Assembly: GCA_951406725.2 (NCBI GenBank)
Contig: OX597829.1
Location: 22,382,001 to 22,446,000 of the forward strand
Source: Octopus vulgaris
Lineage: Eukaryota
Direction of reading: 5' to 3'
DNA: 64,000 nt
Of this stretch, positions 1-13,359 are shown in pieces (within the stretch, counting starts at the first letter, position 1; each line of letters starts with the position of its first letter). The translations under genes were made by a program, and so were the position numbers. The notes below the pieces were generated by a model, which saw only the letters and a list, made by a program, of their open reading frames with translations, was not told the DNA's origin and did no database searches.

Positions 1-649
1 CATTTCCAATCATCAGCTGGTAAATTGACCCTGTTTTCTTATGAATGGTGAAGCTTTTGTTTACAATCAAAGCACCATCACATGAGTACTGTGGCCATGG
101 TGGGTGGGGCACCACCTTCAAGGGTTTGTTAATCAATCTGTAATGGCACTTATTACAGATTGGCATTTGATTGATCGTAATTTGTTGAACCAAAGTTATG
201 GACTTGGCAAAACACAACATAAACAACTAGAATAAACGCAAACATGCAAAAATGCACACACACACACACACACACATAGAGTTTGACCTAAAGCTATGAT
301 GAAAGATATTTGCTCAAGTGAAATAGAATGGAGCCAAATTTAGGAATTAGGGGTTCCAAGACTAATTTCTTAACTTGACAACCAAAATTTCAGGTTTTCT
401 GCCTATAGAAGAAATTATTATCATTATTTCTATTTAAGGCAGTAGGCTGGCAGAATTGTTAGCATGCTGGCTAAAATACTTAGTGCTGTTTTGTCTGCTG
501 CTACATTCTGAGTTCAAATTCTGCCAAGGTCAACTTTGCCTTTCATCCTTTTGAGTCTGACAAATTAGGTACCAGTTGCATACTGGGATCAATGTAATCG
601 ACAGGACCCCTCCCCCTAAATTTCAGGCCTTGTGTCTACAGCAGAAAGG

Positions 650-697
<48 letters not shown>

Positions 698-1854
698 ATT
701 ATTATTATTAAGGGGCAGGCGTCGCTGTTTGGTGAAGAAGTTTGCTCTCTAATGGCATGGTACTCGGTTCAGTCCCATTGTGTCGCACCTACGGCAAGTA
801 TTTTCTACTAAATAACCCTAGTCCAGCCAGTTCATGTTAGAGTATTTGGGAGTTGGAAATTAAAAGCTCATCATAATCAACATCATCATCATCATTATCA
901 TCAATATCATTTAACATCCATTGGAGAACTACATCATGCTCTAATGTCTGCTATGGCTGGATGCCCCCCCCCCCCGCCCCAACAGCAATCACTTTATAGA
1001 GGGTACCAGTGTCATAGAGGGTACTGGTGAGGTTGCAATGTAACTCACAAGATGAAAGGGAGAGCACTTTACATTAAGCTGGCAGAATTGTTAGCACGTC
1101 GAGCAAAATGCTTAATTCCACTGAGGTCTACTCAGCCTTTCATTCTTTCGGAGTCAATAAAATAAGGACCAGTTGAATGCTGGAGGGTCAGTGTTATATC
1201 AGCTTACACTCCTTGTCTGAAACTGCTGGCCTTGTGCCAAAATTTCATATCAATATTGTATACATACATATTGTAAAAAGCATCCAGCCCACACTGTGAA
1301 GTGGTTGGCATTTGGAAGGGCATCCAGCTGTAAAAAAAACATGCCAGAACTGACCTCACATGCATTGGTGGCACATAAAAAACTCTCAATCCACTCTGTA
1401 GGGTGGTTGATGTTAGGAAGGGTATCCAGCCATAGAAACCATGCCAAAATGGATACAGTAGTCTGGGGCAATGTTCTACCTGGCTGGCTCCTGTCAAACC
1501 GTCCAACCCATGCCAGCATAGAATGTGGATATTAAACGATGATGACGATGATGATGACGTATCATATACACATATGTATGTGTGCATGTATGCATAGATG
1601 TATGTATATATGTTTTTGTCACCCTGTTTTAATGTGTGCTAATTCTAAGAAAGAAACAGCATTCATACATATTTGATATCATTTGCTTTTGATTTTCTGG
1701 GGGAAAAAAAAACTCCATGTGCTGGGAAATATTCCCCTTGTTTGGAAAATAAGTGAGGGTTAGTAACAGTAAGAGCATCCAGTCAGGGAAGGAAAATCTG
1801 CTTCAATAAAGCTTTGTTCGGCCCATGCAAGTGTGAGGAAAGGGATTTAAAGAC

Positions 1855-2170
1855 AATGATGAGATAATGACGATGATGATGATGATAATAACAAGGATGA
1901 CACTGATGATGATGATGATCATCATCATGATGGTAATGATGACACTGATAATAATGACGTCAATGATAATGATGATAATGGTGATGATGATGACAATAAT
2001 GATGATGTTCATGATGATAATAACGACTGATGATGCTGATGACGGCGACAATGTTGATGATGATAACAAGGATGATGATAATGATAACGATAATGATGAG
2101 GAGGAGGAGGAGGACAATGCTGCTACCGCTGACGATGATGATGACAAAGATGGCAGTAGTGGTAGTGGAG
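1855..2170 (+). repeat. Degenerate (GAT/AAT)n trinucleotide repeat
   Basis: Read directly; follows a decayed RTE-type 3' end and gives the poly-M/I/D ORFs. Similar tracts at 53900-54120 and 61833-61915. Confidence 0.9.
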
Positions 2171-3504
2171 TCATTAATTAGATTTTCATTCCTTGCCTCA
2201 TTTATATACATATGACGGTTCTGACATGGCCAATAAATTCTTTGGAAATGGCAAATCTAAGTAATTTGCATTCCTTTTCCTGATATTGACAGAGTATTTC
2301 ACTCTCATTTATATAGATAGAATGTAAATATTTAAGTCTGCAAAAATTCAAAAAATTCTTAAGCATGATTCCAGTATCCTTATTTATTTCAACTGATCAA
2401 ATTTAAAAAAAAAATCTGGGACAACATTATCCCTAATTTAGTAATCTATTTTCTAAACTACCAAATTTGTCACCCTCCCTGCGCTCTCTCTTTGAATCTG
2501 TCTATATTTTACATTCTTTTAATTTTGCCATAGTTGGTACTCCAAAGCAATACTGCCCCAAGCAAGAACTACTTTGGAGTTCTTCATTTCTAATCTAAGA
2601 AACATCCGTCATACTTCCTCATTCTTCATTCCAACAGCAGCACCACCATCACCACAGTCTTCTCCTCCCCCTCCATTCTGTACACAGCTGTCACAGCCAC
2701 CTGGGGTTCCGTATACAGTTTATGACCCCCAATGTGAAAACAAACTAATTCAATCATTTAGTTTTTTTTTTTTTTTTATTTACATGAGGTAATGGTGGTG
2801 GTGGTGGTGGTGTTTCCAATTCCGAATCTGTATTCCATTGGGTTGGCAGGCATAGTTTCTCCAAGAGTTTGCAAGATTTAAAACTTTTGCAGCAATAACA
2901 GCAGACAAGGTTAGCCTCTACAGTTATTCAACCTGCTAGAAACAACAGTCAACTCTCTTCAAATAACATTCCACCATCTTGAAATAAGGAATGGAATGGA
3001 CACATAGAATAACATAGCCTTATATATCCCTACAAAGATGGGATGGTCACATTTGGAATGCCTTTCATGTAATGCCTCCTACAAATGTGTACCCTATGGT
3101 TCAAGAATTCAACAAAACTGACACTCCATCTGCTACAAGTGTTTCAGTTAATCTGATCAACAGATATGATTATACCCTTAAATAAGTTCTCAGGGAGACT
3201 CAGCATGACACAGAATGCGAAAAAGTTGGCCCTTTTCAATTACAGGTACAATTCATTTTTGCCAGCTAAGTGGTCTGGAGCAACCAAAAATAAAGTGTCT
3301 TGCTCAAGGGCACAATTCGCCACTGGGAATCAAACTCATGAGCTTATGGTCTTGTGTTGAATACCCTAATCTAGTGTATTCTCACCCTTTTTACCCTTGT
3401 GTAACCCTTAAAATAAATTACATCTCTCAAGGAACCCCTGCACAAAAAATTATATACAATATCTTTCTCATATTTTTCATCATAGTTCACATTGTAAATA
3501 TATA

Positions 3505-3536
<32 letters not shown>

Positions 3537-4343
3537 AGATAGATAGATAGATAGATATACATACATACATACATATATATAATTATATATCATGAAATTA
3601 GCATTAGCTTATCTCACACTTTCTTGCGCAACCTCTAGAAACCTTGCAGAACCCTAGGGTCCTGGGGCACCTGGTTGTAAAACGCTGCCACAAAATCGTT
3701 ACCTATCCATATAACTGTTTCCATTAGAATGTCATTCAAACTTGAGCATATTTTACCCCAATTTATTCAGTTTTAGAACTTGTCTAAGTTCCCTGGACAT
3801 TAGTGTGTGGAGTCCTAGGACTCCTCAGTCCGGTTAACCAGTTTCCATGGCATTTATGTGACCAAGAGCAAGGCTTTCCACATGAACAGGACATCAGTTC
3901 ATTTTTAGAGTTTCTTATTTACAAATGAGTGATGTAGAGGAATGTAAAATGAAGTGTTTTGCTTAAGAACACAATGCTATTTCTTTACTACCCACAAGGG
4001 GCTAAACACAGAGGGGACAAACAAACGGATTAAGTCGATTACATCGCCCCCAGTGTATAACTGGTACTTAATTTATCGACCCAAAAGGATGAAAGGCAAA
4101 GTCGACCTTGGCGGAATTTGAACTCAGAACGTAACATAAGACGAAATACGGCTACGCATTTCACCCAGCGTGCTAACGATTCTGCCAGCTCGCTGCCTAA
4201 AGAGCTCAATGCATCACCCGGTCTGGGAATTGAAAATTCAAACCTTATGACCATGCAGCCCGATCCGGGATTCAAGCTCACAACCTCACAATCATAAGCT
4301 TGACACTCTAACCACTGAGCCTTCACCTATTCTATATATATAC

Positions 4344-4399
<56 letters not shown>

Positions 4400-5704
4400 A
4401 AATGTGACTGTGTGGTAAGAAGCTTCCCAACCACATGGTTCTGGATTCAGTTCTATTGCGTGGCACCTTCGGCAAGTGTCTTCTTCCATAGCCTCAGGCT
4501 GACCAAAGCCTTGTGAGTGCATTTAGTAGATGGAAACTGAAAGCCCATCATAAACATGTATATATTTATAGGTGTGTGTCTTTGTGTCTGTGTTTGTCCC
4601 CATAACCATTGCTTGACAAGCAGTGTTGGTGTGTTTACATCCCTGCAACTTAGCAGTTTATCAAAAGTAACCGATAGAATAAGTACTAGGCTTACAAAAA
4701 ATAAGTGCTGGGGATTTTTTTTTTACTAAAACCATTTACGGTAGTGCTTCAGCATGGCCACAAAATCAAATGTTTGAATCAAGTAAAAGAATATATATAT
4801 ACATGGGCGTGTGTGTGTTGCGTCTGTGTTTGTTCACCACCACAACCACCACCAGTATTGGTGTGTTTATGTCCTCTATAACTTAGCGGTTCGGCAAAAG
4901 AGACCCATAGAATAAGTAGCAGGCTTAGAAAAAAAGTACTGGGGTCGATTCACCCAACTATAAATTCTTCAAGGCGGTGCCCCAGCATGGCCGCATGTCT
5001 AATGATTGCAAAAACAAGTAAAAAGTAAAAGAGTAAATTATAGAAGACCTCTGTCTCTTTTTTTAATTTTTTTATTACGAAGGTTGGAGCTTTATGTAGT
5101 TGGACCTTAATTGTTGATTACAATTTAAAATAAATTCAATATACCGAAATTGATAAACCAAAATTTAAGGACTAATTGAAAGCATTAAAGGAAGATGAGT
5201 AAAAATGAAGGGGTATTGACCAAAAAAAAAAATGAAAACTCAAAAAAAGACATTTAGAATTATCTCCCTTACTCAATGTTTATTCTCTTCAAAGATGGAA
5301 GCTTTTTTTATATTTATTACGTATATAGTTAATCAACCTGTTAAAAATAGCAGCTAAGTCTCTCTTAAAATTCATATATTAAAAAACAATTGTAGAATAG
5401 ATACGTTGTGAATGTGTGTACCTTATATAAAGTAGACTGGGAATTTAGGGTAAGGGGCAACACATACACAAGCACATATATTAATCCTTATTAAGGCAAC
5501 GTATTGACAGTATCGTTAGCACACGGGGTTAAATGTTTAGTGGCATTTCCTCATTCTTCCCATTTTGAGTTCAAATTCCACTGAGGTAGACTTTACCTAT
5601 CATCCTTTCTGGGTTGATAAAATAAAAACTAGTTAAACACTGGGGTCGATTTAATTCACTTAATTCCTCCCTCGAAATTGTTGGCCTAGCACCAAAATTT
5701 GAAA

Positions 5705-5939
5705 TCATTATCATCGTTATTATTTTGGTTAGTCTCAGTTTTGGTTTTATTACTGGCAAGAATTATGTGGGAAGTGGATTACTACCGGTAACTTTGGGTA
5801 TCCACAAGATCTCAGTTGCCTTTCAAGTGTTTAGAATCCTGATAATCCTTGCTGTCCATAAGAGACAAACTTTCTGTAGGAGTTCTACCAGGCATTCTAT
5901 TTCAATCTCCTTCAGCCATTTGTCTATGAGGTTGTATGG
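5705..5939 (-). mobile_element. 3' end of an RLE-type (R4/Dong-like) non-LTR retrotransposon
   Basis: 5939-5823 translates as PYNLIDKWLKEIEIECLVELLQKVCLLWTARIIRILNT*, resembling the terminal LQKAxLLGTARILR motif, followed by a short UTR and a TAA/TGA-repeat tail. Confidence 0.65.
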
Positions 5940-5999
5940 TGGATAAGGCTGAAATAAATGAATACAGATACATTCCTCTTTTGGTGGAACTCTCATTGA

Positions 6000-6430
6000 C
6001 TGAGAGTGGAGAGGGAAGCGCTGTCCTCGAGTGAGTTTATTGAATGGTGAGTGAAAAATGCGAAAATTGCAAGAGTGGATGGTACCTCTCTAAGTGTAGA
6101 CCTGTGAGTCAGAGAGAAGGAATTGGAGAGGGCACTTGCTCTTGGTATTTCAGGGAAACCTCGGACAGTAGGGTTCCTTGATTATCCCTTGAGGCCTTAC
6201 TGTATCAGGAGGGCCACATCGCTACCATCTTCCCCGCTACTTCTTTTTATAAAGCTTTGTATGCTAAGCATATGTTCCTTCTTTTTCAGTGTATACTTAA
6301 TTTCTTTTTCCCTTTTTTAATCATTTCATTATATGTAAACCCCAACACTTTATGTCTGTGTTTGTATTGTCCCCTCATCCTTCACCCTTGTGGCAAATAA
6401 ATGAAATCATTATTATTATCATTATTACTA
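6000..6430 (+). mobile_element. Probable LINE (L1/Tx1-like) 3' end
   Basis: Decayed frame LRVEREALSSSEFIEW*VKNAKIARVDGTSLSVDL*, then UTR, AATAAA and (ATT)n tail. Clade assignment is from recollection only. Confidence 0.4.
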
Positions 6431-8284
6431 TTAAGGTGATGAGCTGGAAGAATTGTTAGCACACCAGGTGAAATGCTCAGTGATATTTCATCTGATATTT
6501 CTGGGTTCAAATTCCACCGAGGCAACTTGCCTTTCAACCTTTCAGGGTCGATAAAATAAGTATCTGTTGTGCACTGGGGTTGATGCAATCAATTTATTAT
6601 TATTGAGTGAGAGAGCAGTGCATGCCATTAAAGTGACATTGGGATACAATTATACAAAGCCCAATATACCCATCATGATCACTCATCTGATAAGGTCACA
6701 CCAGGCACATACATCACAACCATATGTGCGCAACAGGGTGATCTCATATCACGCTAAACAGCACATGACCTTGCAGATGGGGCCCAGTTAGAATTTTCTT
6801 CTGGTCGAGTAACCCATCCCATTCAAAAGGTCCCTGAATAAGGGATGTTTAAGGATGAATTATTCAAATCCCAAAGAATTCCTCTCAACACACGGCTATG
6901 ATGCTCCCCCACTACTTCAGCTCGTGATCAGAGATGCACATATCATCAGCAACTAAAGGACAGGGTCATTGTATATATATGTATATATATGTATATATAT
7001 CTGTGTGTGTGTCAAAAAAAAAACCATCAACAAGTACTCACAACCAATTCAATATCATGGTTACTACATCATTAGTTCAAAAATTCTATAAACTCCTTGA
7101 AAAGGATTTTCTTTTAAATGGTGTATAAGCAAAAATCTCCAACAAATATAATATTCAATTATCACACTCTGTCATTTGAATGTTGAGGAAAACTTTGACT
7201 AAAATTTAGCCTTTTCTAACACCTTTAAAATTGGTAAGCAGGAAAAGAAAATCAACAACAAACAACATATCAACCTTCTGTAACTGTACTAATGCCAATC
7301 TCCTACCCTCTGGACTAAAACTACATGGTTAAATATGTTGTGTACCAATGTACAGAGATCATTATCCACAAATCTAAAGGTCTATGTTGTTATAGTTTCA
7401 AACCCTTTTAAATCTAGATTTAATTTCCACATGCATTCCTTTAGAAAACTAAATAAACAGCTATACTTTCTAGCCATATCCTTAGAGAAAAATAAATTGT
7501 GTAGTTTTTGTACCATGCAGAGTATTCATATACCGTCTGCAAAAATGTTTCTTTACTCACTAGCATTCCAAAAGAATTTCATCTCACATTCATGGACATT
7601 TCAGATCGTACAAATATCTTCAGTTAGTTGGTTTCTCACACCATTCCTCAACATTCAAATGACAGAGTGTATTTTTTTCTCCTCAGTTCCCTTCTGTAGT
7701 CTTTCTTAACTACTTAACTATTCAGCCTCTCCAATCTTTATGTGTGTGTGCATGCATGTGAGCATGTATATATATATATATTAAATGGTCGCCCAGAAGA
7801 AGACCAGCTTGGAGGAGAAGGGTCTGGAAGCTTAAAGATCCTGCAAATGCACAGAGATTTAGAGACATACTTGCCACATCTGACTGGCCTGGTGCAGCCT
7901 TCGGGCTTCCCAGACCCCAGTTGAACCGTCCAACCCATGCTAGCATGGAAAGCGGACGTTAAACGATGATGATGATGATGATGATAGAGAGAACAATGAA
8001 AGTACTTACACACAATACATTAAAGTTTATTCTAAAAGGGTTATGCCATTGCTTTTAAAAAAAAATGTTTTTTAATCTTTCTTTAAACACTGAGACAGTA
8101 TCAAGTAATGTTCGCAAAAACTTTTAAATATATATCCATGTGTGCATGTGTATGCAGTGTGTGTATGCATGCATGCATGGATGTATGCAGTGTGTGTGCA
8201 TGTGTTTGAATGCACGTGCATGTAATATGTGCGTGCGTGTTTGCATGTACATTTGTATGTACATAAATTACACTTCATATTCAA

Positions 8285-8365
8285 GGCTCTGATGAAGCTA
8301 TAAGATTTTACTCAGGCACCCACCTATGTGCCCACTGCATCTTAGAGCAGAAACAGCTGTAAGCC
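8285..8365 (+). ncRNA. Type I hammerhead ribozyme motif with long stem II
   Basis: ggct-CTGATGA-a gctataagat...atcttagagc a-GAAA-cagctg-TA-agcc. Stem II has 9 of 10 pairs plus an inner ggcac/gtgcc hairpin; palindromic stem III; GUA triplet. Confidence 0.8.
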
Positions 8366-8933
8366 AATGAAGTTCATAAAACAATCATTTATTCCTTACG
8401 CACACATTGCATGTACGGCTTTCACATTAATCATAGTTATGTCCCTTCAATGTCATTTTTCACCTGTTCCAGCGTGAGTGTTACCTCCAATGATCTTAAT
8501 TAACTTTGTTATGATATTATCTCACACCAACTGTTACCCTAACCAGCCTGATCCATTTCATCTATCTTTACAATCTGTACAACAACAGTTTTACAGCACA
8601 ATTATTGTAATCCTGTCCTGTCATTGAGTTTCTTGGAATTTGTTTTATTTTCTTGTTTGTTTATGTATGTGTTGTTTGTTCGCACTTGTGTTGTGGTTTT
8701 CTTTTTTCTGCTTTCGTAGCTGTGTTTGTCATATAAACACAGTTCTACTAATACTCACGTTTCACCTATACCTTGATCTAGTTAGATACCCCGAGGAGCA
8801 GTAAAAGAAACATGGTGGTAGTTATGTAAATGTTGTTCATCTCAAATAAATAAATGAATAAATAATTAAATATATTTCCTCTATATAGGAAATTGTACAG
8901 AGTAATTTTCTACTGAGAGTGACTACATTTGTT

Positions 8934-8993
<60 letters not shown>

Positions 8994-9149
8994 CCTAAGT
9001 GTATACAGATGAATAAATAAGATAGATGAAAGAGTAAGTTAGAGGGATAGATAGACAGATTGATAGATAGTTAGGTTATACATATATAGAAAGAGAGTAA
9101 AAAACTGCTTGAGAGAGAGAGAGAGAGAGAGTACACTAGTGAGAGAGGC

Positions 9150-9188
<39 letters not shown>

Positions 9189-9241
9189 AAGATTCCCATC
9201 AAATAGTGGTAGCATTAGTAGTAGTAGTAGCAGAAGCAGCA

Positions 9242-9301
<60 letters not shown>

Positions 9302-11654
9302 CACAATAAGAAATAGTTTGGTTACAAACGGTGGAAAAGACTTAGTGTTTATTGTCTTCTTCTAACAACATGGCTAGATTAATGATTTTTCTTTGTAGGG
9401 TTAGGGTGAGGATATGGCTGTCCTTCTAGAGCTGGTACTCATGGACAAAAATAATCCACCCCTGTACACTAAGCAAGGCGGTTGGTGTTAGCAAGGACAT
9501 CCAGCTGTAGGAACAAAGCTGAAATAATATGTGAATACGATGAAGTGTCTCTGACCTGTTAGCAGAGCAGTATACTAAAATAAATGCTTGAACTCTCTCT
9601 AACTGGGAGAAATGTTCAACCCATGCCAACAAGGAAAGTGGGTGTAAAAAGATGATGATGATGATGATGATGATAATGATTGATAATGATATATTTTTTT
9701 TTGTTTAATTCAAATTATGATAAATGTAAACAAAGTTTGCTTTTAGAAGTGCTGAGATGTATTGAAAGATACAGATAAGGAAATAATCTATTCTCAAACA
9801 CAGAATACTACTGATAGTACAGCAAGAACAGGATAAAATATCCATATTTTTTGTTTGTTTTTATACATTTTTCCTTTTCCATTCTGGCATAGGTTAGATG
9901 ATTATATTATTAAAATATAACATAGGTGATAGGCACAGGTGTGGTAAGAAGTTTGCTTCCCAAACACATGGTCCCGACCAGGTTCAGTCTCACTGGATGG
10001 CACCTTGGACTGATCAAAGCCTTATGTAGATTTGGTAGACAAAAACTGAAAAAAGCCCATCATATACATATGTGTGTGTGTGTGTGTGGTTTTGTCCTCT
10101 CTTCCCACCACCACTTGACAACCGGTGTTCGTGTGTTTATGTCCCAGTAACTTAGTGGTACAGAAAAAGAGGCCAACAGAATTAATACCAGGTATAAAAA
10201 TAAGTACTGGGATTGATGCTCTCAACCAAAAAAATTCTTTAGGGTGATGCCCCAGCCTGGCCAGTCTAATAACTGAAACAAGTAAAGAGTAAACAATATA
10301 CACATACACACAAATATTTAAGGGATGCTATATATCTGTCTGTATCTCCTATCTTCCATTTTCACAGACATTCTTTTTACTTGTTCCTGACTAGTCAAAA
10401 GACTGCATTCGTTTAGATTAAACTATACTATATTCAGTTTGTTTAATTCTTCAACTTGCCTGTATGTTATTGTCTTTTGTGTTTCATGCCTTCAGACTTT
10501 AATCATATTGTGCATCACCTCAGTGATGCTTGTTCTAAAGATAAGTGATACTGTTGGCTATATGAACCAAAACCATCATGCTGTTTGATCCTACAGCTGA
10601 CAAGATTTATCATTAACTGGTTTTATGTTGACTTTGAGTATGTGCATTTATGAGTTTGTGCATGTGTGTGCATGTATACATATACACACACATAAAACAT
10701 ACACTGATGCACAGACACACAAATATACACATTCACACATATGTACATATATGCATATGTATATTTGTATGCATTTCATCCAAATCCATTCTCCATGGTG
10801 GCATGGGTTAATATATATATATACACATACAGATACATATGTATATACACACACCAAATAGACACAAATGTATTTTCATATATGTACATGTATGCACACA
10901 CACAGATACATCATATATACATTTATATATGTGTGTGTGTGTGTGTGTGGATACACATGTGAGAGAGTGTGAGAGGAATTTAGAGAGGTGTTGGGGAGGG
11001 GGTAACATAAAGAGAAATGTTTTATATTTTAAATGTGGAGTGTGTAAAGTATGAGGAAAGATAACTGACAAAAAAGAAAAAAAAAAGTGTTTAGGGTCAC
11101 CTTCTTGTAGAGTTCTGTGAACATAAAGAACCACACCCCTTTCTATTAGTTTATCTCTTTTCGGCTATATTTAGTGCAACAATGGTACCAGGGTGGAGGG
11201 AGGGGGGAGGGGTGAAAAGCAACTGGATAGGGTCAATGAGAGAAAAAAAAAGCTAGAGATAAGAGAAAGGTAGATGATGTGTGGTGGTGGCAGTGGTGGT
11301 GGTGGAGAAAGAGGAAAGAACAGAAAACAAGGTGTTACATAATTTCAGTGAAGGTGTTGGTAGGTAGTCATCACACCACACACACACACACACGTACAGA
11401 ATGCATGTACATACATAGATGTTCGTACACACACACACACACATGCAATAAATACACGCATCAACATGCATTAATTGACGTACACACACATGCACACAAG
11501 ACTATTAGCTGTACTTTCTTTTCCTTTAGTGTGAATGTTCTCTAGCAATATTAATAATAACAACAATAATAATGATAATAATCAGAAGAATTCTTTGTAC
11601 TATAGGTACAACACCATAATAAAAATAACAACAGCAATGATAATAATAATAATA

Positions 11655-12105
<451 letters not shown>

Positions 12106-12962
12106 GAAAATAAATATGGAAGTGCATATTGGATAATGTAACTTAAGATAAACCTATGTTTAACAAAAGAAAAAAAAAAATGACAGGATGTCTGGTCACA
12201 GCTGGAAGATCTTTGATCACAGCATTGACCTGGAGACAAAATAACAGCACCTACATGACAAATCAATATGGAAGGTATAAGTTTTCTTGTCTTCTCTTGA
12301 TAACGCTTCCTTCCTCCCCCCCCACCCTCTTTAACCACAACCACAACATACATTCTCTCTCTCTCTATCTTTTTCTCCTCCCTCTCTCAAAATATATATA
12401 TGTGTGTGTGTGTGTGTGTGACTATATTAAGTCTTGTCCTTTTCCTTCCTCTTCTCAGGCAGCACCTGTGTTCATTAAAAAAAAAAAAAAGAAGCAAAAA
12501 CAGGAATCTCTGGGTGATTGCATATGGACATGTTAATAATGCCATATATGCTCTTTGATGCATTTACCTTTTAGCATATGCATTTTAATACAAAGCATGC
12601 AGATTGCTATCTGCATAAATTCTCATGCATTACTCAACTAAACTGCACATTGATATTGTGATGTTTCCCTCACACACACACACACACACACACAACTCCC
12701 TCAGAATTCTAGGTGTTTCATATTTAATGAGATTAATGGTTCTTGTAGTTTTCCTTTTTTCTTTTTCTTTTTCCCCTTTTATCTCCTGAGACAGTGAATA
12801 TTAAATCTGGAAGAATTAACGATGTAAGTGCCTTTAAGGTGTTGCATGTGAATCCAAAGACATGGTCTTCAGCAACACAAGAATCCAATTATCTTAATAG
12901 TAGTAATATATTTGTGTACGTGTAAATATATATTTATCATCATATATATTTATCATCATCAT

Positions 12963-13359
12963 AGGAACAGGAGTGGCTGTGTGGTAAATAGCTTGCTTAC
13001 CAACCACATGGTTCCGGGTTCAGTCCCACTGCGTTGCACCTTTGGCAAATGTCTTCTACTATAGCCTCGGGCCGACCAAAGCCTTGTGAGTGGATTTGGT
13101 AGACGGAAACTGAAAGAAGCCCGTCGTGTATATGTGTGTGTGCATGTATGTTTGTGTGTCTGTGTTTGTCCCCCTAGCATTGCTTGACAACCGATGCTGG
13201 TGTGTTTATGTCCCCGTCACTTAACGGTTCGGCAAAAGAGACCGATAGAATAAGTACTGGGCTTACAAAGAATAAGCCTCGGGGTCAAGTTGCTCGACTA
13301 AAAGTGGTGCTCCAGCATGGCTGCAGTCAAATGACTGAAACAAGTAAAAGAGAGAAAGA
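12963..13359 (+). mobile_element. tRNA-derived SINE family A (representative full copy)
   Basis: Pol III A box tggctgtgtgg and B box ggttcagtccc, internal (TA/TG)n, tail gaaacaagtaaaagag. Other copies on + at about 4400-4790, 20320-20748, 24996-25369, 32736-33156, 39471-39875, 63366-63825; on - at about 43735-44121 and 45516-45928. Confidence 0.9.

Noticed and set aside
1803-2215. Poly-M/I/D/S ORFs
   Set aside because: (GAT)n repeat expansion; no splice or domain evidence.
5767-5775. Su(H)/CSL-type GTGGGAA sites as Notch feedback elements
   Set aside because: Isolated 7-mers, some inside transposon remnants; no clustering or paired-site geometry seen.
12959-13180. Recurrent peptides such as [17 protein letters not shown] and IDPERMKGKV suggesting a gene family
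   Set aside because: They are antisense translations of SINE families A and B.
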